Part shown: positions 35,829-45,809 of the stretch, piece by piece
How the letters are laid out: the number at the start of each line of letters is the position of its first letter
How positions within the stretch are numbered: position 1 is the first letter of the stretch
IMG/VR virus record: IMGVR_UViG_3300045974_000132
Coordinates: 219,740 to 283,739 of that record
DNA from: a virus
Reading direction: 5' to 3' (one strand)
DNA length: 64,000 nt
The notes under the pieces: generated by a model
Told to the model about the DNA's origin: nothing
Databases searched by the model: none
The model's input: only the letters and a program-made list of their open reading frames with translations
Translations under genes and position numbers: made by a program

Positions 35829-36529
35829 CTCAGCGCGGTGGAAAGTTGAAAAAAGAAGGTAAGACCCTGGATCACAAGCACTTCGAGGCAAACTTGCTTG
35901 AAATTGAAACCAAGAATCCTCAAGTTCGCTTGGACAAGAATGAAGATCGCTTCAATTGGGACAAGCATGCCCAACGTTACACGAATCTGGTTACTCAAGC
36001 AATGTGGCTGGGCTACACTATTGCTGTCTCGGCTTCTCGCACTTATGCGAAAGGTAACTTCATCATCGCACATACTGACGAAGCCAAAGGTTTGCCTGTA
36101 TTCACTGAACGTCCGTATGTTCATCCTTCATTCTCACGAGGCGTAGGCGAACTGAAGCGTTTGGCCAGCCGCTATCGTGGACGTAAATTTGTTCTGTACA
36201 ACTCTGTTCAAGTTGCACACTGCGAACCCTACGCAGAAGAACGAGCTATAGAAGGTGGTATTGATACAGGCTTTATCGACGATCAGGGTATAAAGATTTT
36301 TGTTGGAGATACTCTTCACAACTTTGAAGACTATGATGTGACGGTGTGCTGTGTAGCGGAATCCGAAGGCTTACACTTCTACGGTAAGCTTGTGTGTGAA
36401 CCGGGTCACTCTTGCGAGAATATTCCGTATAGCTTGAACGAAGGTAAAGGCCACACTATTATCAAATTCGTTACAGACTTTGAAGAAGTAGAGCCTGAAG
36501 CAGAGTGCGCTCTTGATGAATCCTTCTGA
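35825..36529 (+). CDS. hypothetical protein
   Basis: 234-aa ORF. Confidence 0.45.
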   Translation: MTQRGGKLKKEGKTLDHKHFEANLLEIETKNPQVRLDKNEDRFNWDKHAQRYTNLVTQAMWLGYTIAVSASRTYAKGNFIIAHTDEAKGLPVFTERPYVHPSFSRGVGELKRLASRYRGRKFVLYNSVQVAHCEPYAEERAIEGGIDTGFIDDQGIKIFVGDTLHNFEDYDVTVCCVAESEGLHFYGKLVCEPGHSCENIPYSLNEGKGHTIIKFVTDFEEVEPEAECALDESF

Positions 36530-36545
36530 TTGTCGGGAGCCCAAG

Positions 36546-36851
36546 ATGCCGAGGAAACTTCAGCCTAGCCGTAAAGAGTATGAGGCAGATATTTCAGTTC
36601 GTCTTCGCTTTGAAAGTCCTAACAGTCCTCAAGCTCGATTACTCGCAAGCCAATTGTCACAATTTTTGCGCTCTTTAGAACTGAAGGACGCAGACATACA
36701 CTCAACCAAAGTTCAATCTATTCTGCTAGTTCGTAGGAATATAGCAGAGGAGCAGGAACAGCGTAAGAAAGAGGAAGCGCATACACCCTCACCTAATTAT
36801 GTGATTGATGAAGAGCATCCTAGATTTCATCCGTCTCATGCAGAAACTTAA
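36546..36851 (+). CDS. hypothetical protein
   Basis: ATG 36546 with GGGAG RBS. Confidence 0.4.
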   Translation: MPRKLQPSRKEYEADISVRLRFESPNSPQARLLASQLSQFLRSLELKDADIHSTKVQSILLVRRNIAEEQEQRKKEEAHTPSPNYVIDEEHPRFHPSHAET

Positions 36852-37455
36852 ACCAACGTTAAGGAAGACTCTGAGGAAAACATCTGATCCGAAGAATCTG
36901 ATTATCATGCTGTTTGAACAATTCATGGACTGGCATGTGCCTAGCCCTGTTGTTCATACAGACGGTGCAAATGACAGCAAGTATGGCATGGCCTTCATGC
37001 TCGATCTTTACTGTGAAAATCACGGGTATGAGAAAGACGGTAACACGCATCACCCTGAATGGAAGCGTAACTATCGCAAAAATATTCATGTGATTATTCT
37101 TCGTCCGCGAATGGTATTCATTGCCGTAACTGACGAGACTCACCTTGAGCTTGTGCCTCCTTCTGAGTTCAATAATACGTCCAATCATGATTCATGCTGG
37201 CGTACAGACGGCTTACGTCTTCTTCGTGAAGAATCCTGGCGTGCATATAATCATTGTTACGATCACATGCCTGAAGAACACAAACCCTTGATTGGTCTAT
37301 CTACGCTTGACATGGACATTGCTCAAGTCTTTGGTAAGCCGATGCGTTTTGTCCGCGTTGAACACAAACCTTTGAACGACGATAGCTACCATCGTGAACT
37401 TACTGAAATCAAAGAGGCTCCTTATGAATTGCGCGTCTCCCAGCCCACAAAATAG
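36838..37455 (+). CDS. hypothetical protein
   Basis: ATG overlapping upstream stop; start ambiguous (36805/36838/36907). Confidence 0.4.
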   Translation: MQKLKPTLRKTLRKTSDPKNLIIMLFEQFMDWHVPSPVVHTDGANDSKYGMAFMLDLYCENHGYEKDGNTHHPEWKRNYRKNIHVIILRPRMVFIAVTDETHLELVPPSEFNNTSNHDSCWRTDGLRLLREESWRAYNHCYDHMPEEHKPLIGLSTLDMDIAQVFGKPMRFVRVEHKPLNDDSYHRELTEIKEAPYELRVSQPTK

Positions 37456-37666
37456 TTCCACTACAGCCGAAGGCTACGGCTTGCAAGGTTTAGAAGAAGT
37501 CTTACGCGATGTACAAATAGAAATGAAATCTACTACCTTAATGGAAGAAGCTATTCGCCCTATGTTTGAGAATACGCATATCGTACCCATGTCTAAGGCA
37601 ATTCTTCTTGAGTTGATGTTTACCGCTTTTAAGTTAGGCAAGCAGATGGGAGCAAAGAATGTTTGA
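37424..37666 (+). CDS. hypothetical protein
   Basis: ATG 37424 with GAGG RBS. Confidence 0.35.
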   Translation: MNCASPSPQNSSTTAEGYGLQGLEEVLRDVQIEMKSTTLMEEAIRPMFENTHIVPMSKAILLELMFTAFKLGKQMGAKNV

Positions 37667-38126
37667 TTTTAAAAACTGGCTGGCTGCTTTCTTTTCAGCA
37701 CCTGTTCAATGTATGTCGCATGATATAGCACATGCTTTTGTGTCTCTTGTTCTTGCGGAACAGAAGGATATTCGCAATCCTGAAATTGAAGCAAAGATGA
37801 AGGAGGACTTTCTCTTTCAAGTGTTGGAATCAAAATGTGCGAAGGTAGGACTTGAGGCTAATATTTTCTTCAAATGCTTTATAGCCGCTCTATGCGAAGA
37901 CCCAGCGGAAGTAACAATGTACATTGTTGCCCTTCGCAGCAAGATGAAGACGGCTACAATGATGGAGTTAGGTAGAACGTTAGCTAACGGTTTTCCTTCA
38001 CGTAACACCCTTTCGCACCTGTGGGGTCTGCAAAAGCTATCTGACGAAGAACGTAAGTCTCACGGTGGTATTATCGACAACGGTATTGATTTTATTTGGG
38101 AGAAAGATTATGGCACTAATTCCTAA
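37659..38126 (+). CDS. hypothetical protein
   Basis: 155-aa ORF. Confidence 0.45.
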   Translation: MFDFKNWLAAFFSAPVQCMSHDIAHAFVSLVLAEQKDIRNPEIEAKMKEDFLFQVLESKCAKVGLEANIFFKCFIAALCEDPAEVTMYIVALRSKMKTATMMELGRTLANGFPSRNTLSHLWGLQKLSDEERKSHGGIIDNGIDFIWEKDYGTNS

Positions 38127-38460
38127 GATTGCAAACATCAAAGGTACACCTCTTTTTATTGAAACACTGATTAACATTCATGTACGTCCAGATGCTAATC
38201 TGAATTCACCTGGTGCTAAACAGGTGATTGAGTATTGCAAGAAAGAAAAATTGATCGGCTTGATCGGCTTGACTGACCAGCCTACTAAAGGATCAATGTA
38301 TCGCTTGACTGAACGAGGCAAAGCTTTCTTGAAGATGCTTGAAGATACACCTCTTCCTTCTGTCAAGCAAGTGTATGCTGATCCTCGTACAGGTGAGCAA
38401 GTAGGCAGCTTTGTAGTACCTGGTGAAATTAGCGATGACGAGGATGAGGACGACGAATAA
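38110..38460 (+). CDS. hypothetical protein with acidic DDEDEDDE tail
   Basis: ATG 38110 with GGGAG RBS; internal 9-nt tandem duplication (GLIGLIGL). Confidence 0.45.
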   Translation: MALIPKIANIKGTPLFIETLINIHVRPDANLNSPGAKQVIEYCKKEKLIGLIGLTDQPTKGSMYRLTERGKAFLKMLEDTPLPSVKQVYADPRTGEQVGSFVVPGEISDDEDEDDE

Positions 38461-38792
38461 TGGCTAAGTATTGTGCAGCCGTGCGCTTCCCAGACGGTAC
38501 TGTTTTCTACAATGTATTTCAGGGTACTGTTGATTGTGTATCACCTAGATTATTCTTGACAGAAACAGATGCTCGACTTGTATGGGATGAAGATCAGTCA
38601 AAAGTTGACTGCCCGAAACAAGAAGGAGATGAAATTGTTGAAGTCATTCCGTATTATCTATACGGTGACAAAAAAGTTGCGTTCAAAACATTTGCAAACC
38701 GTGAGCACCTGTTGATAACAGGACCACGTTGTTGGGATACGGCTCAATACAATGCTGACTTGTATCCACCTAATCGGAGCATATATGACTAA
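38460..38792 (+). CDS. hypothetical protein
   Basis: 110-aa ORF. Confidence 0.45.
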   Translation: MAKYCAAVRFPDGTVFYNVFQGTVDCVSPRLFLTETDARLVWDEDQSKVDCPKQEGDEIVEVIPYYLYGDKKVAFKTFANREHLLITGPRCWDTAQYNADLYPPNRSIYD

Positions 38793-39093
38793 GAAGAAAG
38801 AAAAGACGCGAGGTAGTAAGAAAGATGTTTCTAAGTTACTTCGTAAGATTCGCAAGTTTTACTATGAGTTATTCCTTGTACAACATGTATCAACGGTAGG
38901 TGTGCAGATAACGGTGCCTAATAAAGTACTACCTGCTCTTATATTAAGAGAGGATCGCTCTTATGAATCCTTTGCAGAGGACTGTGCTATCTACCATGAG
39001 CATTTACTTTCTATGTATGATAATAGGAAGCCAAAAGTGCTGCTGCTTTCAAGAGCGATGTTCCGACGTATCGAAAAACGTAATAGTTGGTGA
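38785..39093 (+). CDS. hypothetical basic protein
   Basis: ATG 38785 with GGAG RBS. Confidence 0.45.
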   Translation: MTKKKEKTRGSKKDVSKLLRKIRKFYYELFLVQHVSTVGVQITVPNKVLPALILREDRSYESFAEDCAIYHEHLLSMYDNRKPKVLLLSRAMFRRIEKRNSW

Positions 39094-39101
39094 GGTGTAA
39101 T

Positions 39102-39452
39102 ATGTCTTTTGATAAAAGTGATATATCGAATTGGGTTAAGTCTGAAGATGGAAAGCACTTTGAACTCAAACCTGAGTTGATGCAGCCTTATAAAGAGTCT
39201 GCTCAAAAGCAACTTGCGTTGTGGGTGGCAGGTAATCCTCAGCACAATACCTTCGCTGATGAATGCTGTCCTGACTTCTCTTGCTGCCAACCAGAACTTC
39301 TATGGCCTGAGGAGAAACGCAAAGCTTTTGCAGAAGCAAATGAGGAATATCGAAATCATATGCTGATGGGAGGCATCAATGCTATTATGGTGTTGAACGA
39401 TACCGAAGCTTACGTTGCAGGCCAGATTCCCGATACTGATGTGAGGCAATAA
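39102..39452 (+). CDS. hypothetical protein
   Basis: ATG 39102 with GAGG RBS. Confidence 0.45.
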   Translation: MSFDKSDISNWVKSEDGKHFELKPELMQPYKESAQKQLALWVAGNPQHNTFADECCPDFSCCQPELLWPEEKRKAFAEANEEYRNHMLMGGINAIMVLNDTEAYVAGQIPDTDVRQ

Positions 39453-39453
39453 C

Positions 39454-39984
39454 ATGAATACTACTACGCTGACCAGCACTTTGTTTTGTCCGGCCTGCAC
39501 TGCACGGTTATGTATAGTAAAGCAAGATGAAAACAGTATGTTAAATGCAGAGCAGTTTGATTCGTTGAAAGCTGGCGATTACTACTGCCCTAACTGCCCT
39601 CCTACTAAAGAAGGCTTGAAGTATCGTTACTTCAATACAACAGATGCTGCCTTCATCACAGCTTCTACTTTTACGGATAAGGTGAATCTAGCTGAATTCT
39701 CTGAAGAGTTTGTTGCAGCCTGTCGTGAAATGAAGTTACCGCTTGAGACCCTTACGCAAAGCTCAATAAAAATTCTTGAGCATGTATGGGATCATGGTCG
39801 AGGTGTGGCAAGTGCTGATCCTGTAGACCTTCTCAATCTTTTGATTCTGCAAGAAAAAGCAAATATGCTTAATCTATCTGCTTCTGGTCCCGCTAAGTAC
39901 GGATACGAGTTGGTGCATGTTTTTATGACTTCTGATATTGTGCAACCTCGTTACAAAAAACTATATGAGGAGATGACCAAATGA
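39454..39984 (+). CDS. hypothetical protein with N-terminal zinc-ribbon
   Basis: CPAC...(x27)...CPNC. Confidence 0.45.
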   Translation: MNTTTLTSTLFCPACTARLCIVKQDENSMLNAEQFDSLKAGDYYCPNCPPTKEGLKYRYFNTTDAAFITASTFTDKVNLAEFSEEFVAACREMKLPLETLTQSSIKILEHVWDHGRGVASADPVDLLNLLILQEKANMLNLSASGPAKYGYELVHVFMTSDIVQPRYKKLYEEMTK

Positions 39985-40253
39985 TAAAGAAGAAGTATTG
40001 GAAGTTCACTAAGTATAGTCATGCTGCGGGCTATGCTTATAGTACTACGTCTGATCTTATCCAGCACAACATGCCCGATCGGGAAGATCAAATCTCTCAA
40101 CTACAAAATCGTATTGAATACTTGACGGACATTGTTGCCTTCTTGCTTGATACCAAGAAGAGTGTTGATGCTGACAAGCTTAAGGCGTTGCTGTCTTTGC
40201 ACGACCTTGAAGAAGTGTCTGAAGAAGAATACGAAAAACATCGTTGGAGTTAA
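39981..40253 (+). CDS. hypothetical protein
   Basis: 90-aa ORF. Confidence 0.45.
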   Translation: MIKKKYWKFTKYSHAAGYAYSTTSDLIQHNMPDREDQISQLQNRIEYLTDIVAFLLDTKKSVDADKLKALLSLHDLEEVSEEEYEKHRWS

Positions 40254-40257
40254 TCTC

Positions 40258-40857
40258 ATGCAATTATTCAAACAAGTACCTAGTGAGCTTCAATCCAAGT
40301 ACATTGTCAATGGCTGGCGCTCTGCTGACGGACTAGTATCAAAAGAGATAGAAGTTCCCACAGGCATTACTGATCCTTGGGAAAAGCTGGACATAGTTAG
40401 TCCTACTCTTATTCAGCGCGGTAAGATCAATAGGCCGTTGAACAAGTTTAAAGGGTTGTCTTTAACTAGTGCTGTTACTTTGCACTATATGGGTATCGAC
40501 ATCCTTAAAAATAATGTGTTGACTATGTCCTTACTTCACATGGATGCGCAGTTGTTCAACTATAAAACAATAGTAGTGCCTACTGTTACAAAATTGTTCA
40601 GCGGTAAGCCCTGCTCCCTTCGTGTCTACGGTAGCTTTGACACACTCAATCAAGTGAATCACTACACCAACTACCTGCAAAATATGTATGCGGGGAATCT
40701 TCCTCTTAGAAGCTGGCCGGACTTTGACGCTGAGTCTATTACTTCTGACTTTTGGTGGGATGTAGATAACGGAATAATGTTTAGCTTTGATCGTAATTTC
40801 ATGACCGACCTACCAATCATTGTCCAAGCTACCTTGAATCAGGTAGCTATTAAATAA
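40258..40857 (+). CDS. hypothetical protein
   Basis: ATG 40258; ends in ...AIK* followed by AAATAAAACTGTAAAATAA element. Confidence 0.45.
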   Translation: MQLFKQVPSELQSKYIVNGWRSADGLVSKEIEVPTGITDPWEKLDIVSPTLIQRGKINRPLNKFKGLSLTSAVTLHYMGIDILKNNVLTMSLLHMDAQLFNYKTIVVPTVTKLFSGKPCSLRVYGSFDTLNQVNHYTNYLQNMYAGNLPLRSWPDFDAESITSDFWWDVDNGIMFSFDRNFMTDLPIIVQATLNQVAIK

Positions 40858-40858
40858 A

Positions 40859-40870
40859 ACTGTAAAATAA
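40859..40870 (+). promoter_or_regulatory. ACTGTAAAATAA motif (candidate phage promoter)
   Basis: ~40 nt upstream of ATG 40903. Confidence 0.35.
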
Positions 40871-40902
40871 AGATAGCAATATCTAATTAAGGACCTATTG
40901 TC

Positions 40903-41223
40903 ATGTCTCGTTGTGGCCTTGAAACTTATTCTCCTCCGGCACGTGTTGACTTTAACCCGGAAGACCAAGAGCATCTACTTGCTCTCGCACTACTTCAGTT
41001 GCACGGCAGGCAGCATCCTACACTGCGCTTTAAGTTGAATCCTACGCAGTACGGTAACGTGTATCTGGCGTTGATTGACAAGTTTATCCGAGCTTATATA
41101 CCTGAAGACATTCAGCTACAAGCTTCCGTATATGCAGAAGATCGCAAACCCTTAATCATCGGTAGCTTGATTGACAGTGCAACTGATGTACGTATTAAAC
41201 TGAAGGAACCCAAAAATGGTTAA
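40903..41223 (+). CDS. hypothetical protein
   Basis: 106-aa ORF. Confidence 0.45.
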   Translation: MSRCGLETYSPPARVDFNPEDQEHLLALALLQLHGRQHPTLRFKLNPTQYGNVYLALIDKFIRAYIPEDIQLQASVYAEDRKPLIIGSLIDSATDVRIKLKEPKNG

Positions 41224-41956
41224 GAAACTTCCTGGGCCAAATGCCTCGTCGAATAAAAAGATTTTCCATGACGGCGCTTATAAGATAGCTGCCTCTACTA
41301 AGACGGATAGCATTATTATCTTCCGTCGTCAAGATTCTGGTAAGTACAAACAAGCTGATATTGTCTCGGCTACTAACAACAATTACAGTGCTGCGGTTAA
41401 ACGAATCAATCGTATGCACGCCCGTGACAAAAGTGCTGCAATGATTGCAAATAACATATCTCGTATTGCGAAGGCCGCAGATGAAGCAGTCTCTCCGATA
41501 CGCACTAAAGTTCCACTTGAGCGTAAGGTGCAAGAAGACCTTCAAAATTTCGCTCAGTCTTCTTTTACTCTTCCTAGCAACATTCCAAATGTAAGTCGTA
41601 CATACCTGATTCGTAAAGCAAAGAAGAAAATCGTAGGTAGTAAGGACACTACATTAGATGCTACTTTGTATCTGGTTGCGACTTACGACTTAAATAAGAT
41701 AATTAATATTGACCATTTCATCGGTGTAGGCTGTGTAAAGAAAGCTATTGAGCGCGCCCGACTTGATGCCTCTTTGCTTAAGCCTGCTGAAATAGTTGTT
41801 CAAACACGCGGTGAAAACTGGGTAGGTGAATCTGCAAGCTTCTCAGCCAAACATGTTATCTATATAGGTAGTAAGGAATCTGTTGAACATGTTCAACAAG
41901 GTTTAACAGGGGCTATCAACAAATTCTTTTTAAAGCTGACTAGCAAAAAGCCATAA
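41216..41956 (+). CDS. hypothetical protein
   Basis: 246-aa ORF. Confidence 0.45.
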   Translation: MVKKLPGPNASSNKKIFHDGAYKIAASTKTDSIIIFRRQDSGKYKQADIVSATNNNYSAAVKRINRMHARDKSAAMIANNISRIAKAADEAVSPIRTKVPLERKVQEDLQNFAQSSFTLPSNIPNVSRTYLIRKAKKKIVGSKDTTLDATLYLVATYDLNKIINIDHFIGVGCVKKAIERARLDASLLKPAEIVVQTRGENWVGESASFSAKHVIYIGSKESVEHVQQGLTGAINKFFLKLTSKKP

Positions 41957-42023
41957 TGCTACTAATTTATGTAGGATGCTTATATTGTATTTGCATTTTA
42001 TTCACAGATTAGGAGCAACTGCT

Positions 42024-42392
42024 ATGCCCATACTGTCACAAAAAGAAAAGCTACACCTTCTTGTTGTTCGAGACGCCCGTAAGCCTGTAGTCTTTGAAGT
42101 CTCTGACATAACGCCGACTATGCTGGAGCAAGGTGTTGTTGTTTACGGCTCTCAATCTTTTTCAGGTGATTACAATCCTTACTTTTTTGTGTATAAGGAC
42201 ATTGTAAACATCTACCACGTTATTAAATTTACGCAGATTGAAGCTTCTGAAGTATTTCAAACTAGGTATGCAGAGGAAGCTTTATTTAAAGCGCAAACCC
42301 ATAGTGAAGAAGCTCTGAGCATTACCAATACTGCTGTAAAGTCATTAGGTGGTGTGCCTATGTCTTTAAAAGCACTGTCCTGCAAGGTGTGA
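42024..42392 (+). CDS. hypothetical protein
   Basis: ATG 42024 with AGGAG RBS. Confidence 0.5.
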   Translation: MPILSQKEKLHLLVVRDARKPVVFEVSDITPTMLEQGVVVYGSQSFSGDYNPYFFVYKDIVNIYHVIKFTQIEASEVFQTRYAEEALFKAQTHSEEALSITNTAVKSLGGVPMSLKALSCKV

Positions 42393-42393
42393 T

Positions 42394-42648
42394 ATGGAAT
42401 ATTTGAATATCGTTTTCAAAACATTGGTAGACTTGTGGCTATTTGACGTTGATGTGTTTAGCAGCAAGTGGTTGTATATACCTTTGTGCATCCCAGCAAT
42501 GGTCTATATGATGTTCTTCATGATGAAATGGACAGTCATCACTATGCCCATATGGTTGCCAATAACTATACTTGTTGCAAGCGCATCTTCAATAATAACC
42601 AGCATATCTAATGGGCTGGCTTCCATAATAACTGCTATTCGCAAATAA
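42394..42648 (+). CDS. small membrane protein
   Basis: two hydrophobic segments (IPLCIPAMVYMMFFMM; ITMPIWLPITILVASASSIITSI). Confidence 0.45.
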   Translation: MEYLNIVFKTLVDLWLFDVDVFSSKWLYIPLCIPAMVYMMFFMMKWTVITMPIWLPITILVASASSIITSISNGLASIITAIRK

Positions 42649-42657
42649 GGTATCATC

Positions 42658-43266
42658 GTGTCTCAGGATCTGTCTCAACAAACGCAAGAGCAACAAGAAA
42701 ACCCTATTCGTGATTATGGTACATTCGATCCGTTGAAGGAAACGTCAAACTATATAAATACTTGTCTTTGTGGAAAAGAACTCGATAAAGAAAACATCCT
42801 ATATGGGCAACCTGAACCTGCTCAGTTAGGATTGAAAGAAGGCAGTGACATTCGTATCAAACGTTTCTTTGTCTGCTGCCCGTCTTGCGGTAGTAAAGGG
42901 CCTGCAACTAAGTTGGCTATATACGCTGCCTTGCAGTGGAACCTTAGCTTCTTGTGCTGCAAACCTTCTTACAGAGAACTTCCTTTGTTTGGCTTATCTG
43001 GCTTATCTGGTGTAGAGGCTGCTACAAAACTCCAAGCTATTCGACGCGATCTTAAGGAGCGCCTTGACGAATGTGCAGAGCGCCTGAAGTTGGAAGATGT
43101 GACGAAGCATCCGGGTCCAAGGTATCATGCAAAGTTAGGTGCTTACTTTGCATGGAACTTTTATGGGTTGCATCTGCTATCTGATAACTTGTTCTTCAGA
43201 GGTAATCCTCACGGTGTTAAAGGTAGCATCACAAACTCAAACTCAACTGAAACGGGAGTAGCATAA
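42658..43266 (+). CDS. hypothetical protein with Cys cluster (GTG start)
   Basis: 202-aa ORF; FVCCPSCGS; internal 11-nt tandem duplication ggcttatctgg x2. Confidence 0.4.
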   Translation: MSQDLSQQTQEQQENPIRDYGTFDPLKETSNYINTCLCGKELDKENILYGQPEPAQLGLKEGSDIRIKRFFVCCPSCGSKGPATKLAIYAALQWNLSFLCCKPSYRELPLFGLSGLSGVEAATKLQAIRRDLKERLDECAERLKLEDVTKHPGPRYHAKLGAYFAWNFYGLHLLSDNLFFRGNPHGVKGSITNSNSTETGVA

Positions 43267-43581
43267 ATGGCTGATATTAAGGTAGCTAGATTGGTAACTG
43301 GTGAAATTGTCATCTTTGAAGAACTGGGTTCTGATGAACAAAATATCATTATGCAGAATCCGCACCTGCTCATTAATAGCCACGCAGGTCCAGGACTTGC
43401 TCCTCTGATGCCGTGGGCCGCAAAGGGGCGTAACTTTGTTATCCACATGCCTTCTGATAAGATCATGTTTTTCTTCCCTGACGATCATTGTGAACCTATT
43501 GTTACGAGTTACATTCAAGCTACTAGCACCATTGATCTTTCTGCCCTGGGTAATGTTTCTCAGTTTGTGAAGTCTAACTAA
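43267..43581 (+). CDS. hypothetical protein
   Basis: 104-aa ORF. Confidence 0.45.
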   Translation: MADIKVARLVTGEIVIFEELGSDEQNIIMQNPHLLINSHAGPGLAPLMPWAAKGRNFVIHMPSDKIMFFFPDDHCEPIVTSYIQATSTIDLSALGNVSQFVKSN

Positions 43582-43619
43582 TTTATATACTCGATCAACT
43601 CTAAGTCACTTCACACACC

Positions 43620-43976
43620 ATGCCAACAACTTCAACCGCAGCACCTATTACACAAGAAGCTGCCGTAGTTCCTGATTTCTACTTTACATGTTCTACTCTT
43701 AATTGCACATTGCGGGCGTCTTCGTGTGCAAGAAATCGAAAGGAATCAAGTAAGGTGCAATCATTGATGATTATCAAAGGTTCTGCCCGTTGTAAAGGTT
43801 GTAAGAATTTTGAAAACGAACAAGCTTCTACTCCTATCTCGATTGAAGTATATCATGCTCAAGTGATGTCCGATTCAGCAGCACAACCTAAAGCAGGATA
43901 CGATCACAATCAGCCTAAGCCCGGTATTCATTCCTTGTGGGAAGGCCGTGGACGTAGTAAAACACGCGTAAGTTAA
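43620..43976 (+). CDS. hypothetical Cys-rich protein
   Basis: CSTLNCTLRASSCARN...CKGCKNF. Confidence 0.4.
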   Translation: MPTTSTAAPITQEAAVVPDFYFTCSTLNCTLRASSCARNRKESSKVQSLMIIKGSARCKGCKNFENEQASTPISIEVYHAQVMSDSAAQPKAGYDHNQPKPGIHSLWEGRGRSKTRVS

Positions 43977-43990
43977 ATACTGAGAACATA

Positions 43991-44869
43991 ATGGCTAAAA
44001 CAAAAACACTGCTTGTAGTTGACGGATTTAATGTATTGTACCGAGGATTTTGGGCTTCCAACTATGGACGCAAGCCTGAAGATATGGACGCTGCTTTGGC
44101 AGTACGCGGTGTTATATCAATCATCATGTCCGACCTTGTTTTTGTAGAAGCTACTCATTGTGCAGTAGTGTTCGATAGAGAAGGTGACAACTTCCGTCAT
44201 CGTCTCTACCCTGAATACAAAGGTACTCGTGAGCGTCTTGATGAATCTGTCGAACTCCATAAACAAATATTCCCATTGAAGCGTTTGATTAATGCAATGG
44301 GTATTAAAGTCTTTGGTATTCGTGGGCAAGAGGGTGACGATCTAGTAGGATCACTTGCTGTATCTGCAAACCAAGATGATCCTAAAGCACAAATCTATAT
44401 CGGTAGCCGTGATAAAGACTTTGCTTCTCTGGTAAACAAACGAATTCATCTGCTTCAACCTCAGAAAGAAATCCTTGATGAACAAGGTGTATTCGACAAG
44501 TGGGGTGTTAAGCCCTCGCAGATGGTTGAATACTTGATGTTGCTAGGTGACGGTGTAGATAACATTCCAGGTGTCTATAAAGTAGGCCCTAAAGTTGCTG
44601 CAAAGATTTTGAATACACACGGTAGCATTAAGAAATGGCTACCTACTAAGAAGACACCTGCTCTGCATAAGAACGTAGAGGCTGTAAAGGACTTCTTCCC
44701 AACAAGTAAGAAGCTGATTACGATCAAGACCAACTGTTTCCCCGACATGACTCTTGATAAGCTTAGAATAAAGCCGTACAATGAAAAACAACTTGAGCGC
44801 ATCTGCAAAGAGTTGGACTTTCATAGTACCTATCACCAAATACGAAAACAGCTTGGTAAGCTTCCATGA
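43991..44869 (+). CDS. 5'-3' exonuclease / flap endonuclease (phage RNase H-like)
   Basis: N-terminal LLVVDGFNVLYRGF, GTRE, GIRGQEGDDL and H3TH LGDGVDNIPGV motifs. Confidence 0.8.
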   Translation: MAKTKTLLVVDGFNVLYRGFWASNYGRKPEDMDAALAVRGVISIIMSDLVFVEATHCAVVFDREGDNFRHRLYPEYKGTRERLDESVELHKQIFPLKRLINAMGIKVFGIRGQEGDDLVGSLAVSANQDDPKAQIYIGSRDKDFASLVNKRIHLLQPQKEILDEQGVFDKWGVKPSQMVEYLMLLGDGVDNIPGVYKVGPKVAAKILNTHGSIKKWLPTKKTPALHKNVEAVKDFFPTSKKLITIKTNCFPDMTLDKLRIKPYNEKQLERICKELDFHSTYHQIRKQLGKLP

Positions 44870-45720
44870 CAACTTCCCTAACAGTAACGTATCCCATTGT
44901 TGTATATGAACGGGATTTCTCAAATAGCCCTTTCGACACCTTATCTGTAGATGACAAGATTAAGGCAACTATTCAAAAACGTAAACGATCACAAGCCCGA
45001 CTTGATTCAGCGGTTGCTAAGATTTCACGTATGACTGCTTCCATCAATAAGCACACTGAAGAGAGTGCTGCTGCCTTGCATGGACTGATGATTGAAATTC
45101 AGCATTTGGAAGAAGAGCAACGCGCACAAATTCTTGCCAACCAACCTAAACTGTCTTCTGAGGAAGAACATAGGGCAGAAGCTGATTTAGAGTTTGAGTT
45201 TGACCAGTATGATAGGGATCAACAGCGTAAGGAAGCAGAAGAAGCGATACGTAATTTTAATGAAATGTTTTCTATGCCCGCTAAAGATGCTAGGGTAAAG
45301 AAACTGTATCGTAAGATTTCAATGCGCACCCATCCCGATCGCACTAAAGATACTGAGAAGCACAAACTATTTGTTGCGGCCAAACAATACTACGCCGATA
45401 ACAACCTAGAAGGGTTGGAGAACATCTGGCAAATATTGAATGGTAAGGTTAGCTCTCTGTTTGATCGCCTGTATAAGAGATTGCACGAAGAATTGATGCA
45501 GTTGGAGTTGGTCGAGAAGATACTTAATTCAACCTTATCAAGTGAGGACTATGAACTTGCTCAGTTATTTGAGAAAAATAGTTTCATTGTCCTGGAGCAG
45601 ATTGAAAAGAAGTTGCAGTTCCAAATAATTGTGTTACGTTCTCAGCGTAACAACCTTCGTGAAGCACTAGGTAAGCCTGATGTATGTGCAACCAGTAGCT
45701 TTGCAAACTTCGAGTTTTAA
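44866..45720 (+). CDS. J-domain protein
   Basis: KKLYRKISMRTHPDRTKDTEKHKLFVAAKQYY contains HPD tripeptide in J-domain context; flanked by coiled-coil-like regions. Confidence 0.5.
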   Translation: MTTSLTVTYPIVVYERDFSNSPFDTLSVDDKIKATIQKRKRSQARLDSAVAKISRMTASINKHTEESAAALHGLMIEIQHLEEEQRAQILANQPKLSSEEEHRAEADLEFEFDQYDRDQQRKEAEEAIRNFNEMFSMPAKDARVKKLYRKISMRTHPDRTKDTEKHKLFVAAKQYYADNNLEGLENIWQILNGKVSSLFDRLYKRLHEELMQLELVEKILNSTLSSEDYELAQLFEKNSFIVLEQIEKKLQFQIIVLRSQRNNLREALGKPDVCATSSFANFEF

Positions 45721-45743
45721 AAGAATCGGAAAACTAGGTCGTA

Positions 45744-45786
45744 AAAAAGCCCGCAGTCCTTAATTGGATTTGCGGGCTTTTCTTTT
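45744..45786. terminator. bidirectional rho-independent terminator
   Basis: aaaaaagcccgca-(loop)-tgcgggcttttctttt between convergent genes. Confidence 0.6.
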
Positions 45787-45809
45787 GTCCAGCGTTCAGA
45801 GATTAGGTA

